Origin: Eledone cirrhosa
Taxonomy: Eukaryota
Direction of reading: 5' to 3'
Assembly (NCBI GenBank): GCA_964016885.1
Contig: OZ024744.1
Span: forward strand, 30,070,001 to 30,134,000
DNA length: 64,000 nt
This document shows positions 16,451-30,700 of the stretch, in pieces. The notes beneath the pieces were generated by a model. The model was not told the origin of the DNA and ran no database searches. It was given only the letters and a program-made list of their open reading frames with translations. The position numbers were made by a program, and so were the translations under genes. Position 1 is the first letter of the stretch, and each line of letters begins with the position of its first letter.

Positions 16451-17849
16451 CAAAGTAATCATTTTATATCCCTCTACGTAAATAGGACAGTCACACGTAC
16501 ATCTGACTATAGATACACCTAGAACACAAAGTAATCAATGTATGTCCCTCTATGTAAATAGGACAGTCACACCTACATCTGACCATAGATACACCTAGTA
16601 CACAAAGTAATCACTGTATGTCCCTCTATGTAAATAGGACAGTCACACCTACATCTGACCATAGATACACCTAGAACACAAAGTAATCACTGTATGTCCC
16701 TCTATGTAAATAGGACAGACACACCTACATCTGACAATAGATACACCTAGAACACAAAGTAATCACTGTATGTCCCTCTATAAAAATAGGACAGTCACAC
16801 CTACATTTGACTATAGATACACCTAGAACACAAAGTAATCATTTTATGTCCCTCTACGTAAATAGGACAGTCACACCTACATCTGACTATAGATACACAT
16901 AGAACACAAAGGAATCAATGTATGTCCCTCTATGTAAATAGGACAGTCACACCTACATCTGACCATAGATACACCTAGAACACAAAGTAATCACTGTATG
17001 TCCCTCTATGTAAATAGGACAGTCACACCTACATCTGAATATAGATACACCTAGAACACAAAGTAATCATTTTATGTCCCTCTACGTAAATAGGACAGTC
17101 ACACCTACATCTGACTACAGATACACCTAGAACACAAAGTAATCAATGTATGTCCCTCTATGTAAATAGGACAGTCACACCTACATCTGACCATAGATAC
17201 ACCTAGAACACAAAGTAATCACTCTATGTCCCTCTATGTAAATAGTACAGTCACACCTACATCTGACCATAGATCCACCTAGAACACAAAGTAATCACGG
17301 TATGTCCCTCTATGTAAATAGGACAGTCACACCTACATCTGACAATAGATACACCTAGAACACAAAGTAATCACTGTATGTCCCTCTATGAAAATAGGAC
17401 AGTCACACCTACATCTGACTATAGATACACCTAGAACACAAAGTAATCATTTTATGTCCCTCTACGTAAATAGGACAGTCACACCTACATCTGACTATAG
17501 ATACACCTAGAACACAAAGAAATCAATGTATGTCCGTCTATGTAAATAGGACAGTCACACCTACATCTGACCATAGATACACCTAGAACACAAAGTAATC
17601 ACTGTATGTCCCTCTATGTAAATAGGACAGTCACACCTACATCTGACTATAGATACACCTAGAACACAAAGTAATCATTTTATGTCCCTCTACGTAAATA
17701 GGACAGTCACACCTACATCTGACTATAGATACACCTAGAACACAAAGTAATCAATGTATGTCCCTCTATGTAAATAGGACAGTCACACCTACATCTGACT
17801 ATAGATACACCTAGAACACAAAGTAATCACTGTATGTCCCTCTATGTAA

Positions 17850-20300
17850 ATAGGACAGTCACACCTACATCTGACCATAGATACACCTAGAACACAAAGT
17901 AATCACTGTATGTCCCTCTATGTAAATAGGACAGTCACACCTACATCTGACCATAGATACACCTAGAACACAAAGTAATCACTGTATGTCCCTCTATGTA
18001 AATAGGACAGTCACACCTACATCTGACAATAGATACACCTAGAACACAAAGTAATCACTGTATGTCCCTCTATGAAAATAGGACAGTCACACCTACATCT
18101 AACTATAGATACACCTAGAACACAAAGTAATCAATGTATGTCCCTGTATGTAAATAGGACAGTCACACCTATATCTGACCATAGATACACCTAGAACACA
18201 AAGTAATCACTGTATGTCCCTCTATGTAAATAGGACAGTCACACCTACATCTGACCATAGATACACCTAGAACACAAAGTAATCACTGTATGTCCCTCTA
18301 TGTAAATAGGACAGTCACACCTACATCTGACAATAGATACACCTAGAACACAAAGTAATCACTGTATGTCCCTCTATGTAAATAGGACAGTCACACCTAC
18401 ATCTGACCATAGATACACCTAGAACACAAAGTAATCAATTTATGTCCCTCTATGTAAATAGGACAGTCACACCTACCTCTGACCATAGATACACCTCGAA
18501 CACAAAGTAATCACTGTATGTCCCTCTATGTAAATAAGACAGTCACACCTAGATCTGACCATAGATACACATATAACACAAAGTAATCGCTGTATGTCCC
18601 TCTATGTAAATAAGACAGTCACACCTACATCTGACTATAGATACACCTAGAACACAAAGTAATCATTTTATGTCCCTCTACGTAAATAGGACAGTCACAC
18701 CTACATCTGACTATAGATACACCTAGAACACAAAGTAATCAATGTATGTCCGTCTATGTAAATAGGACAGTCACACCTACATCTGACCATAGATACACCT
18801 AGAACACAAAGTAATCACTGTATGTCCCTCTATGTAAATAGGACAGTCACACCTACATCTGACTATAGATACACCTAGAACACAAAGTAATCATTTTATG
18901 TCCCTCTACGTAAATAGGACAGTCACACCTACATCTGACTATAGATACACCTAGAACACAAAGTAATCAATGTATGTCCCTCTATGTAAATAGGACAGTC
19001 ACACCTACATCTGACTATAGATACACCTAGAACACATAGTAATCACAGTATGTCCCACTATGTAAATAGGACAGTCACACCTACATCTGACCATAGATAC
19101 ACCTAGAACACAAAGTAATCACTGTATGTCACTCTATGTAAATAGGACAGTCACACCTACATCTGACCATAGATACACCTAGAACACAAAGTAATCACTG
19201 TATGTCCCTCTATGTAAATAGGACAGTCACACCTACATCTGACAATAGATACACCTAGAACACAAAGTAATCACTGTATGTCCCTCTATGAAAATAGGAC
19301 AGTCACACCTACATCTAACTATAGATACACCTAGAACACAAAGTAATCAATGTATGTCCCTGTATGTAAATAGGACAGTCACACCTATATCTGACCATAG
19401 ATACACCTAGAACACAAAGTAATCACTGTATGTCCCTCTATGTAAATAGGACAGTCACACCTACATCTGACCATAGATACACCTAGAACACAAAGTAATC
19501 ACTGTATGTCCCTCTATGTAAATAGGACAGTCACACCTACATCTGACAATAGATACACCTAGAACACAAAGTAATCACTGTATGTCCCTCTATGTAAATA
19601 GGACAGTCACACCTACATCTGACCATAGATACACCTAGAACACAAAGTAATCAATTTATGTCCCTCTATGTAAATAGGACAGTCACACCTACCTCTGACC
19701 ATAGATACACCTCGAACACAAAGTAATCACTGTATGTCCCTCTATGTAAATAAGACAGTCACACCTAGATCTGACCATAGATACACATATAACACAAAGT
19801 AATCGCTGTATGTCCCTCTATGTAAATAAGACAGTCACACCTACATCTGACTATAGATACACCTAGAACACAAAGTAATCATTTTATGTCCCTCTACGTA
19901 AATAGGACAGTCACACCTACATCTGACTATAGATACACCTAGAACACAAAGTAATCAATGTATGTCCGTCTATGTAAATAGGACAGTCACACCTACATCT
20001 GACCATAGATACACCTAGAACACAAAGTAATCACTGTATGTCCCTCTATGTAAATAGGACAGTCACACCTACATCTGACTATAGATACACCTAGAACACA
20101 AAGTAATCATTTTATGTCCCTCTACGTAAATAGGACAGTCACACCTACATCTGACTATAGATACACCTAGAACACAAAGTAATCAATGTATGTCCCTCTA
20201 TGTAAATAGGACAGTCACACCTACATCTGACTATAGATACACCTAGAACACATAGTAATCACAGTATGTCCCACTATGTAAATAGGACAGTCACACCTAC
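17850..20300. repeat. 16-monomer (1216 bp) tandem duplication
   Basis: ctatatct at about 18169/19385, agatct at 18551/19767, and catagt at 19035/20251 are all 1216 bp apart. Boundaries are approximate. Confidence 0.8.
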
Positions 20301-23300
20301 ATCTGACCATAGATACACCTAGAACACGAAGTAATCACTGTATGTCACTCTATGTAAATAGGACAGTCAAACCTACATCTGACCATAGATACACCTAGAA
20401 CACAAAGTAATCACTGTATGTCCCTCTATGTAAATAGGACAGTCACACCTACATCTGACAATAGATACACCTAGAACACAAAGTAATCACTGTATGTCCC
20501 TCTATGAAAATAGGACAGTCACACCTACATCTAACTATAGATACACCTAGAACACAAAGTAATCAATGTATGTCCCTGTATGTAAATAGGACAGTCACAC
20601 CTACATCTGACCATAGATACACCTAGAACACAAAGTAATCACTGTATATCCCTCTATGTAAATAGGACAGTCACACCTACATCTGACCATAGATACACCT
20701 AGAACACAAAGTAATCACTGTATGTCCCTCTATGTAAATAGGACAGTCACACATACACCTGACCATAGATACACCTAGAACACAAAGTAATCAATTTATG
20801 TCCCTCTATGTAAATAGGACAGTCACACCTACCTCTGACCATAGATACACCTCGAACACAAAGTAATCACTGTATGTCCCTCTATGTAAATAGGACAGTC
20901 ACACCTACATTTGACTATAGATACACCTAGAACACAAAGTAATCATTTTATGTCCCTCTACGTAAATAGGACAGTCACACCTACATCCGACTATAGATAC
21001 ACATAGAACACAAAGTAATCAATGTATGTCCCTCTATGTAAATAGGACAGTCACACCTACATCTGACCATAGATACACCTGGAACACAAAGTAATCACTG
21101 TATGTCCCTCTATGTAAATAGGACAGTCACACCTACATCTGACTATAGATACACCTAGAACACAAAGTAATCATTTTATGTCCCTCTACGTAAATAGGAC
21201 AGTCACACCTACATCTGACTACAGATACACCTAGAACACAAAGTAATCAATGTATGTCCCTCTATGTAAATAGGACATTCACACCTACATCTGACCATAG
21301 ATACACCTAGAACACAAAGTAATCACTGTATGTCCCTCTATGTAAATAGTACAGTCACACCTACATCTGACCATAGATCCACCTAGAACACAAAGTAATC
21401 ACGGTATGTCCCTCTATGTAAATAGGACAGTCACACCTACATCTGACCATAGATACACCTAGAACACAAAGTAATCACTGTATGTCCCTCTATGTAAATA
21501 GGACAGTCACACCTACTTCTGACAATAGATACACCTAGAACACAAAGTAATCACTGTATGTCCCTCTATGAAAATAGGACAGTCACACCTACATCTAACT
21601 ATAGATACACCTAGAACACAAAGTAATCAATGTATGTCCCTGTATGTAAATAGGACAGTCACACCTACATCTGACCATAGATACACCTAGAACACAAAGT
21701 AATCACTGTATGTCCCTCTATGTAAATAGGACAGTCACACCTACATCTGACCATAGATACACCTAGAACACAAAGTAATCACTGTATGTCCCTCTATGTA
21801 AATAGGACAGTCACACCTACATCTGACAATAGATACACCTAGAACACAAAGTAATCACTGTATGTCCCTCTATGTAAATAGGACAGTCACACCTACATCT
21901 GACCATAGATACACCTAGAACACAAAGTAATCAATTTATGTCCCTCTATGTAAATAGGACAGTCACACCTACCTCTGACCATAGATACACCTCGAACACA
22001 AAGTAATCACTGTATGTCCCTCTATGTAAATAAGACAGTCACACCTAGATCTGACCATAGATACACATATAACACAAAGTAATCGCTGTATGTCCCTCTA
22101 TGTAAATAAGACAGTCACACCTACCTCTGACTATAGATACACCTAGAACACAAAGTAATCACTGTATGTCCCTCTATGTAAATAGGACAGTCACACCTAC
22201 ATCTGACTATAGATACACCTAGAACACAAAGTAATCATTTTATATCCCTCTACGTAAATAGGACAGTCACACGTACATCTGACTATAGATACACCTAGAA
22301 CACAAAGTAATCAATGTATGTCCCTCTATGTAAATAGGACAGTCACACCTACATCTGACCATAGATACACCTAGAACACAAAGTAATCACTGTATGTCCC
22401 TCTATGTAAATAGGACAGTCACACCTACATCTGACTATAGATACACCTAGAACACAAAGTAATCATTTTATGTCCCTCTACGTAAATAGGACAGTCACAC
22501 CTACATCTGACTATAGATACACCTAGAACACAAAGTAATCAATGTATGTCCCTCTATGTAAATAGGACAGTCACACCTACATCTGACTATAGATACACCT
22601 AGAACACATAGTAATCACAGTATGTCCCACTATGTAAATAGGACAGTCACACCTACATCTGACCATAGATACACCTAGAACACGAAGTAATCACTGTATG
22701 TCACTCTATGTAAATAGGACAGTCAAACCTACATCTGACCATAGATACACCTAGAACACAAAGTAATCACTGTATGTCCCTCTATGTAAATAGGACAGTC
22801 ACACCTACATCTGACAATAGATACACCTAGAACACAAAGTAATCACTGTATGTCCCTCTATGAAAATAGGACAGTCACACCTACATCTAACTATAGATAC
22901 ACCTAGAACACAAAGTAATCAATGTATGTCCCTGTATGTAAATAGGACAGTCACACCTACATCTGACCATAGATACACCTAGAACACAAAGTAATCACTG
23001 TATATCCCTCTATGTAAATAGGACAGTCACACCTACATCTGACCATAGATACACCTAGAACACAAAGTAATCACTGTATGTCCCTCTATGTAAATAGGAC
23101 AGTCACACATACACCTGACCATAGATACACCTAGAACACAAAGTAATCAATTTATGTCCCTCTATGTAAATAGGACAGTCACACCTACCTCTGACCATAG
23201 ATACACCTCGAACACAAAGTAATCACTGTATGTCCCTCTATGTAAATAGGACAGTCACACCTACATTTGACTATAGATACACCTAGAACACAAAGTAATC

Positions 23301-24720
23301 ATTTTATGTCCCTCTACGTAAATAGGACAGTCACACCTACATCCGACTATAGATACACATAGAACACAAAGTAATCAATGTATGTCCCTCTATGTAAATA
23401 GGACAGTCACACCTACATCTGACCATAGATACACCTGGAACACAAAGTAATCACTGTATGTCCCTCTATGTAAATAGGACAGTCACACCTACATCTGACT
23501 ATAGATACACCTAGAACACAAAGTAATCATTTTATGTCCCTCTACGTAAATAGGACAGTCACACCTACATCTGACTACAGATACACCTAGAACACAAAGT
23601 AATCAATGTATGTCCCTCTATGTAAATAGGACATTCACACCTACATCTGACCATAGATACACCTAGAACACAAAGTAATCACTGTATGTCCCTCTATGTA
23701 AATAGTACAGTCACACCTACATCTGACCATAGATCCACCTAGAACACAAAGTAATCACGGTATGTCCCTCTATGTAAATAGGACAGTCACACCTACATCT
23801 GACCATAGATACACCTAGAACACAAAGTAATCACTGTATGTCCCTCTATGTAAATAGGACAGTCACACCTACTTCTGACAATAGATACACCTAGAACACA
23901 AAGTAATCACTGTATGTCCCTCTATGAAAATAGGACAGTCACACCTACATCTAACTATAGATACACCTAGAACACAAAGTAATCAATGTATGTCCCTGTA
24001 TGTAAATAGGACAGTCACACCTACATCTGACCATAGATACACCTAGAACACAAAGTAATCACTGTATGTCCCTCTATGTAAATAGGACAGTCACACCTAC
24101 ATCTGACCATAGATACACCTAGAACACAAAGTAATCACTGTATGTCCCTCTATGTAAATAGGACAGTCACACCTACATCTGACAATAGATACACCTAGAA
24201 CACAAAGTAATCACTGTATGTCCCTCTATGTAAATAGGACAGTCACACCTACATCTGACCATAGATACACCTAGAACACAAAGTAATCAATTTATGTCCC
24301 TCTATGTAAATAGGACAGTCACACCTACCTCTGACCATAGATACACCTCGAACACAAAGTAATCACTGTATGTCCCTCTATGTAAATAAGACAGTCACAC
24401 CTAGATCTGACCATAGATACACATATAACACAAAGTAATCGCTGTATGTCCCTCTATGTAAATAAGACAGTCACACCTACCTCTGACTATAGATACACCT
24501 AGAACACAAAGTAATCACTGTATGTCCCTCTATGTAAATAGGACAGTCACACCTACATCTGACTATAGATACACCTAGAACACAAAGTAATCATTTTATA
24601 TCCCTCTACGTAAATAGGACAGTCACACGTACATCTGACTATAGATACACCTAGAACACAAAGTAATCAATGTATGTCCCTCTATGTAAATAGGACAGTC
24701 ACACCTACATCTGACCATAG
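20000..24720. repeat. 31-monomer (2356 bp) tandem duplication
   Basis: The private variants gtcaaacc, acatacacctg, atccga (20985/23341) and ctacctctgact (22121/24477) each occur twice, 2356 bp apart. Boundaries are approximate. Confidence 0.88.
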
Positions 24721-27700
24721 ATACACCTAGAACACAAAGTAATCACTGTATGTCCCTCTATGTAAATAGGACAGTCACACCTACATCTGACCATAGATAC
24801 ACCTAGAACACAAAGTAATCACTGTATGTCCCTCTATGTAAATAGGACAGACACACCTACATCTGACAATAGATACACCTAGAACACAAAGTAATCACTG
24901 TATGTCCCTCTATGAAAATAGGACAGTCACACCTACATTTGACTATAGATACACCTAGAACACAAAGTAATCATTTTATGTCCCTCTACGTAAATAGGAC
25001 AGTCACACCTACATCTGACTATAGATACACATAGAACACAAAGTAATCAATGTATGTCCCTCTATGTAAATAGGACAGTCACACCTACATCTGACCATAG
25101 ATACACCTAGAACACAAAGTAATCACTGTATGTCCCTCTATGTAAATAGGACAGTCACACCTACATCTGACTATAGATACACCTAGAACACAAAGTAATC
25201 ATTTTATGTCCCTCTACGTAAATAGGACAGTCACACCTACATCTGACTACAGATACACCTAGAACACAAAGTAATCAATGTATGTCCCTCTATGTAAATA
25301 GGACATTCACACCTACATCTGACCATAGATACACCTAGAACACAAAGTAATCACTGTATGTCCCTCTATGTAAATAGTACAGTCACACCTACATCTGACC
25401 ATAGATCCACCTAGAACACAAAGTAATCACGGTATGTCCCTCTATGTAAATAGGACAGTCACACCTACATCTGACAATAGATACACCTAGAACACAAAGT
25501 AATCACTGTATGTCCCTCTATGAAAATAGGACAGTCACACCTACATTTGACTATAGATACACCTAGAACACAAAGTAATCAATGTATGTCCCTCTATGTA
25601 AATAGGACAGTCACACCTACATCTGACCATAGATACACCTAGAACACAAAGTAATCAATTTATGTCCCTCTATGTAAATAGGACAGTCACACCTACCTCT
25701 GACCATAGATACACCTCGAACACAAAGTAATCACTGTATGTCCCTCTATGTAAATAAGACAGTCACACCTAGATCTGACCATAGATACACATATAACACA
25801 AAGTAATCGCTGTATGTCCCTCTATGTAAATAAGACAGTCACACCTACATCTGACTATAGATACACCTAGAACACAAAGTAATCATTTTATGTCCCTCTA
25901 CGTAAATAGTACAGTCACACCTACATCTGACCATAGATCCACCTAGAACACAAAGTAATCACGGTATGTCCCTCTATGTAAATAGGACAGTCACACCTAC
26001 ATCTGACAATAGATACACCTAGAACACAAAGTAATCACTGTATGTCCCTCTATGAAAATAGGACAGTCACACCTACATCTGACTATAGATACACCTAGAA
26101 CACAAAGTAATCATTTTATGTCCCTCTACGTAAATAGGACAGTCACACCTACATCTGACTTTAGATACACCTAGAACACAAAGTAATCAATGTATGTCCG
26201 TCTATGTAAATAGGACAGTCACACCTACATCTGACCATAGATACACCTAGAACACAAAGTAATCACTGTATGTCCCTCTATGTAAATAGGACAGTCACAC
26301 CTACATCTGACTATAGATACACCTAGAACACAAAGTAATCATTTTATGTCCCTCTACGTAAATAGGACAGTCACACCTACATCTGACTATAGATACACCT
26401 AGAACACAAAGTAATCAATGTATGTCCCTCTATGTAAATAGGACAGTCACACCTACATCTGACCATAGATACACCTAGAACACAAAGTAATCACTGTATG
26501 TCCCTCTATGTAAATAGGACAGTCACACCTACATCTGACCATAGATACACCTAGAACACAAAGTAATCATTTTATATCCCTCTACGTAAATAGGACAGTC
26601 ACACGTACATCTGACTATAGATACACCTAGAACACAAAGTAATCAATGTATGTCCCTCTATGTAATTAGGACAGTCACACCTACATCTGACCATAGATAC
26701 ACCTAGAACACAAAGTAATCACTGTACGTCCCTCTATGTAAATAGGACAGTCACACCTACATCTGACCATAGATACACCTAGAACACAAAGTAATCACTG
26801 TATGTCCCTCTATGTAAATAGGACAGACACACCTACATCTGACAATAGATACACCTAGAACACAAAGTAATCACTGTATGTCCCTCTATGAAAATAGGAC
26901 AGTCACACCTACGTTTGACTATAGATACACCTAGAACACAAAGTAATCATTTTATGTCCCTCTACGTAAATAGGACAGTCACACCTACATCTGACTATAG
27001 ATACACATAGAACACAAAGTAATCAATGTATGTCCCTCTATGTAAATAGTACAGTCACACCTACATCTGACCATAGATCCACCTAGAACACAAAGTAATC
27101 ACGGTATGTCCCTCTATGTAAATAGGACAGTCACACCTACATCTGACCATAGATACACCTAGAACACAAAGTAATCACTGTATGTCCCTCTATGTAAATA
27201 GGACAGTCACACCTACTTCTGACAATAGATACACCTAGAACACAAAGTAATCACTGTATGTCCCTCTATGAAAATAGGACAGTCACACCTACATCTAACT
27301 ATAGATACACCTAGAACACAAAGTAATCAATGTATGTCCCTGTATGTAAATAGGACAGTCACACCTACATCTGACCATAGATACACCTAGAACACAAAGT
27401 AATCACTGTATGTCCCTCTATGTAAATAGGACAGTCACACCTACATCTGACCATAGATACACCTAGAACACAAAGTAATCACTGTATGTCCCTCTATGTA
27501 AATAGGACAGTCACACCTACATCTGACAATAGATACACCTAGAACACAAAGTAATCACTGTATGTCCCTCTATGTAAATAGGACAGTCACACCTACATCT
27601 GACCATAGATAGACCTAGAACACAAAGTAATCAATTTATGTCCCTCTATGTAAATAGGACAGTCACACCTACCTCTGACCATAGATACACCTCGAACACA

Positions 27701-30700
27701 AAGTAATCACTGTATGTCCCTCTATGTAAATAAGACAGTCACACCTAGATCTGACCATAGATACACATATAACACAAAGTAATCGCTGTATGTCCCTCTA
27801 TGTAAATAAGACAGTCACACCTACATCTGACTATAGATACACCTAGAACACAAAGTAATCACTGTATGTCCCTCTATGTAAATAGGACAGTCACACCTAC
27901 ATCTGACTATAGATACACCTAGAACACAAAGTAATCATTTTATATCCCTCTACGTAAATAGGACAGTCACACGTACATCTGACTATAGATACACCTAGAA
28001 CACAAAGTAATCAATGTATGTCCCTCTATGTAAATAGGACAGTCACACCTACATCTGACCATAGATACACCTAGAACACAAAGTAATCACTGTATGTCCC
28101 TCTATGTAAATAGGACAGTCACACCTACATCTGACCATAGATACACCTAGAACACAAAGTAATCACTGTATGTCCCTCTATGTAAATAGGACAGACACAC
28201 CTACATCTGACAATAGATACACCTAGAACACAAAGTAATCACTGTATGTCCCTCTATGAAAATAGGACAGTCACACCTACATTTGACTATAGATACACCT
28301 AGAACACAAAGTAATCATTTTATGTCCCTCTACGTAAATAGGACAGTCACACCTACATCTGACTATAGATACACATAGAACACAAAGTAATCAATGTATG
28401 TCCCTCTATGTAAATAGGACAGTCACACCTACATCTGACCATAGATACACCTAGAACACAAAGTAATCACTGTATGTCCCTCTATGTAAATAGGACAGTC
28501 ACACCTACATCTGACTATAGATACACCTAGAACACAAAGTAATCATTTTATGTCCCTCTACGTAAATAGGACAGTCACACCTACATCTGACTACAGATAC
28601 ACCTAGAACACAAAGTAATCAATGTATGTCCCTCTATGTAAATAGGACATTCACACCTACATCTGACCGTAGATACACCTAGAACACAAAGTAATCACTG
28701 TATGTCCCTCTATGTAAATAGTACAGTCACACCTACATCTGACCATAGATCCACCTAGAACACAAAGTAATCACGGTATGTCCCTCTATGTAAATAGGAC
28801 AGTCACACCTACATCTGACAATAGATACACCTAGAACACAAAGTAATCACTGTATGTCCCTCTATGAAAATAGGACAGTCACACCTACATTTGACTATAG
28901 ATACACCTAGAACACAAAGTAATCAATGTATGTCCCTCTATGTAAATAGGACAGTCACACCTACATCTGACCATAGATACACCTAGAACACAAAGTAATC
29001 ACTGTATGTCCCTCTATGTAAATAGGACAGTCACACCTACATCTGACCATAGATACACCTAGAACACAAAGTAATCACTGTATGTCCCTCTATGTAAATA
29101 GGACAGTCACACCTACATCTGACAATAGATACACCTAGAACACAAAGTAATCACTGTATGTCCCTCTATGTAAATAGGACAGTCACACCTACATCTGACC
29201 ATAGATACACCTAGAACACAAAGTAATCAATTTATGTCCCTCTATGTAAATAGGACAGTCACACCTACCTCTGACCATAGATACACCTCGAACACAAAGT
29301 AATCACTGTATGTCCCTCTATGTAAATAAGACAGTCACACCTAGATCTGACCATAGATACACATATAACACAAAGTAATCGCTGTATGTCCCTCTATGTA
29401 AATAAGACAGTCACACCTACATCTGACTATAGATACACCTAGAACACAAAGTAATCATTTTATGTCCCTCTACGTAAATAGTACATTCACACCTACATCT
29501 GACCATAGATCCACCTAGAACACAAAGTAATCACGGTATGTCCCTCTATGTAAATAGGACAGTCACACCTACATCTGACAATAGATACACCTAGAACACA
29601 AAGTAATCACTGTATGTCCCTCTATGAAAATAGGACAGTCACACCTACATCTGACTATAGATACACCTAGAACACAAAGTAATCATTTTATGTCCCTCTA
29701 CGTAAATAGGACAGTCACACCTACATCTGACTTTAGATACACCTAGAACACAAAGTAATCAATGTATGTCCGTCTATGTAAATAGGACAGTCACACCTAC
29801 ATCTGACCATAGATACACCTAGAACACAAAGTAATCACTGTATGTCCCTCTATGTAAATAGGACAGTCACACCTACATCTGACTATAGATACACCTAGAA
29901 CACAAAGTAATCATTTTATGTCCCTCTACGTAAATAGGACAGTCACACCTACATCTGACTATAGATACACCTAGAACACAAAGTAATCAATGTATGTCCC
30001 TCTATGTAAATAGGACAGTCACACCTACATCTGACCATAGATACACCTAGAACACAAAGTAATCACTGTATGTCCCTCTATGTAAATAGGACAGTCACAC
30101 CTACATCTGACCATAGATACACCTAGAACACAAAGTAATCATTTTATATCCCTCTACGTAAATAGGACAGTCACACGTACATCTGACTATAGATACACCT
30201 AGAACACAAAGTAATCAATGTATGTCCCTCTATGTAATTAGGACAGTCACACCTACATCTGACCATAGATACACCTAGAACACAAAGTAATCACTGTACG
30301 TCCCTCTATGTAAATAGGACAGTCACACCTACATCTGACCATAGATACACCTAGAACACAAAGTAATCACTGTATGTCCCTCTATGTAAATAGGACAGAC
30401 ACACCTACATCTGACAATAGATACACCTAGAACACAAAGTAATCACTGTATGTCCCTCTATGAAAATAGGACAGTCACACCTACATTTGACTATAGATAC
30501 ACCTAGAACACAAAGTAATCATTTTATGTCCCTCTACGTAAATAGGACAGTCACACCTACATCTGACTATAGATACACATAGAACACAAAGTAATCAATG
30601 TATGTCCCTCTATGTAAATAGGACAGTCACACCTACATCTGACCATAGATACACCTAGAACACAAAGTAATCACTGTATGTCCCTCTATGTAAATAGGAC

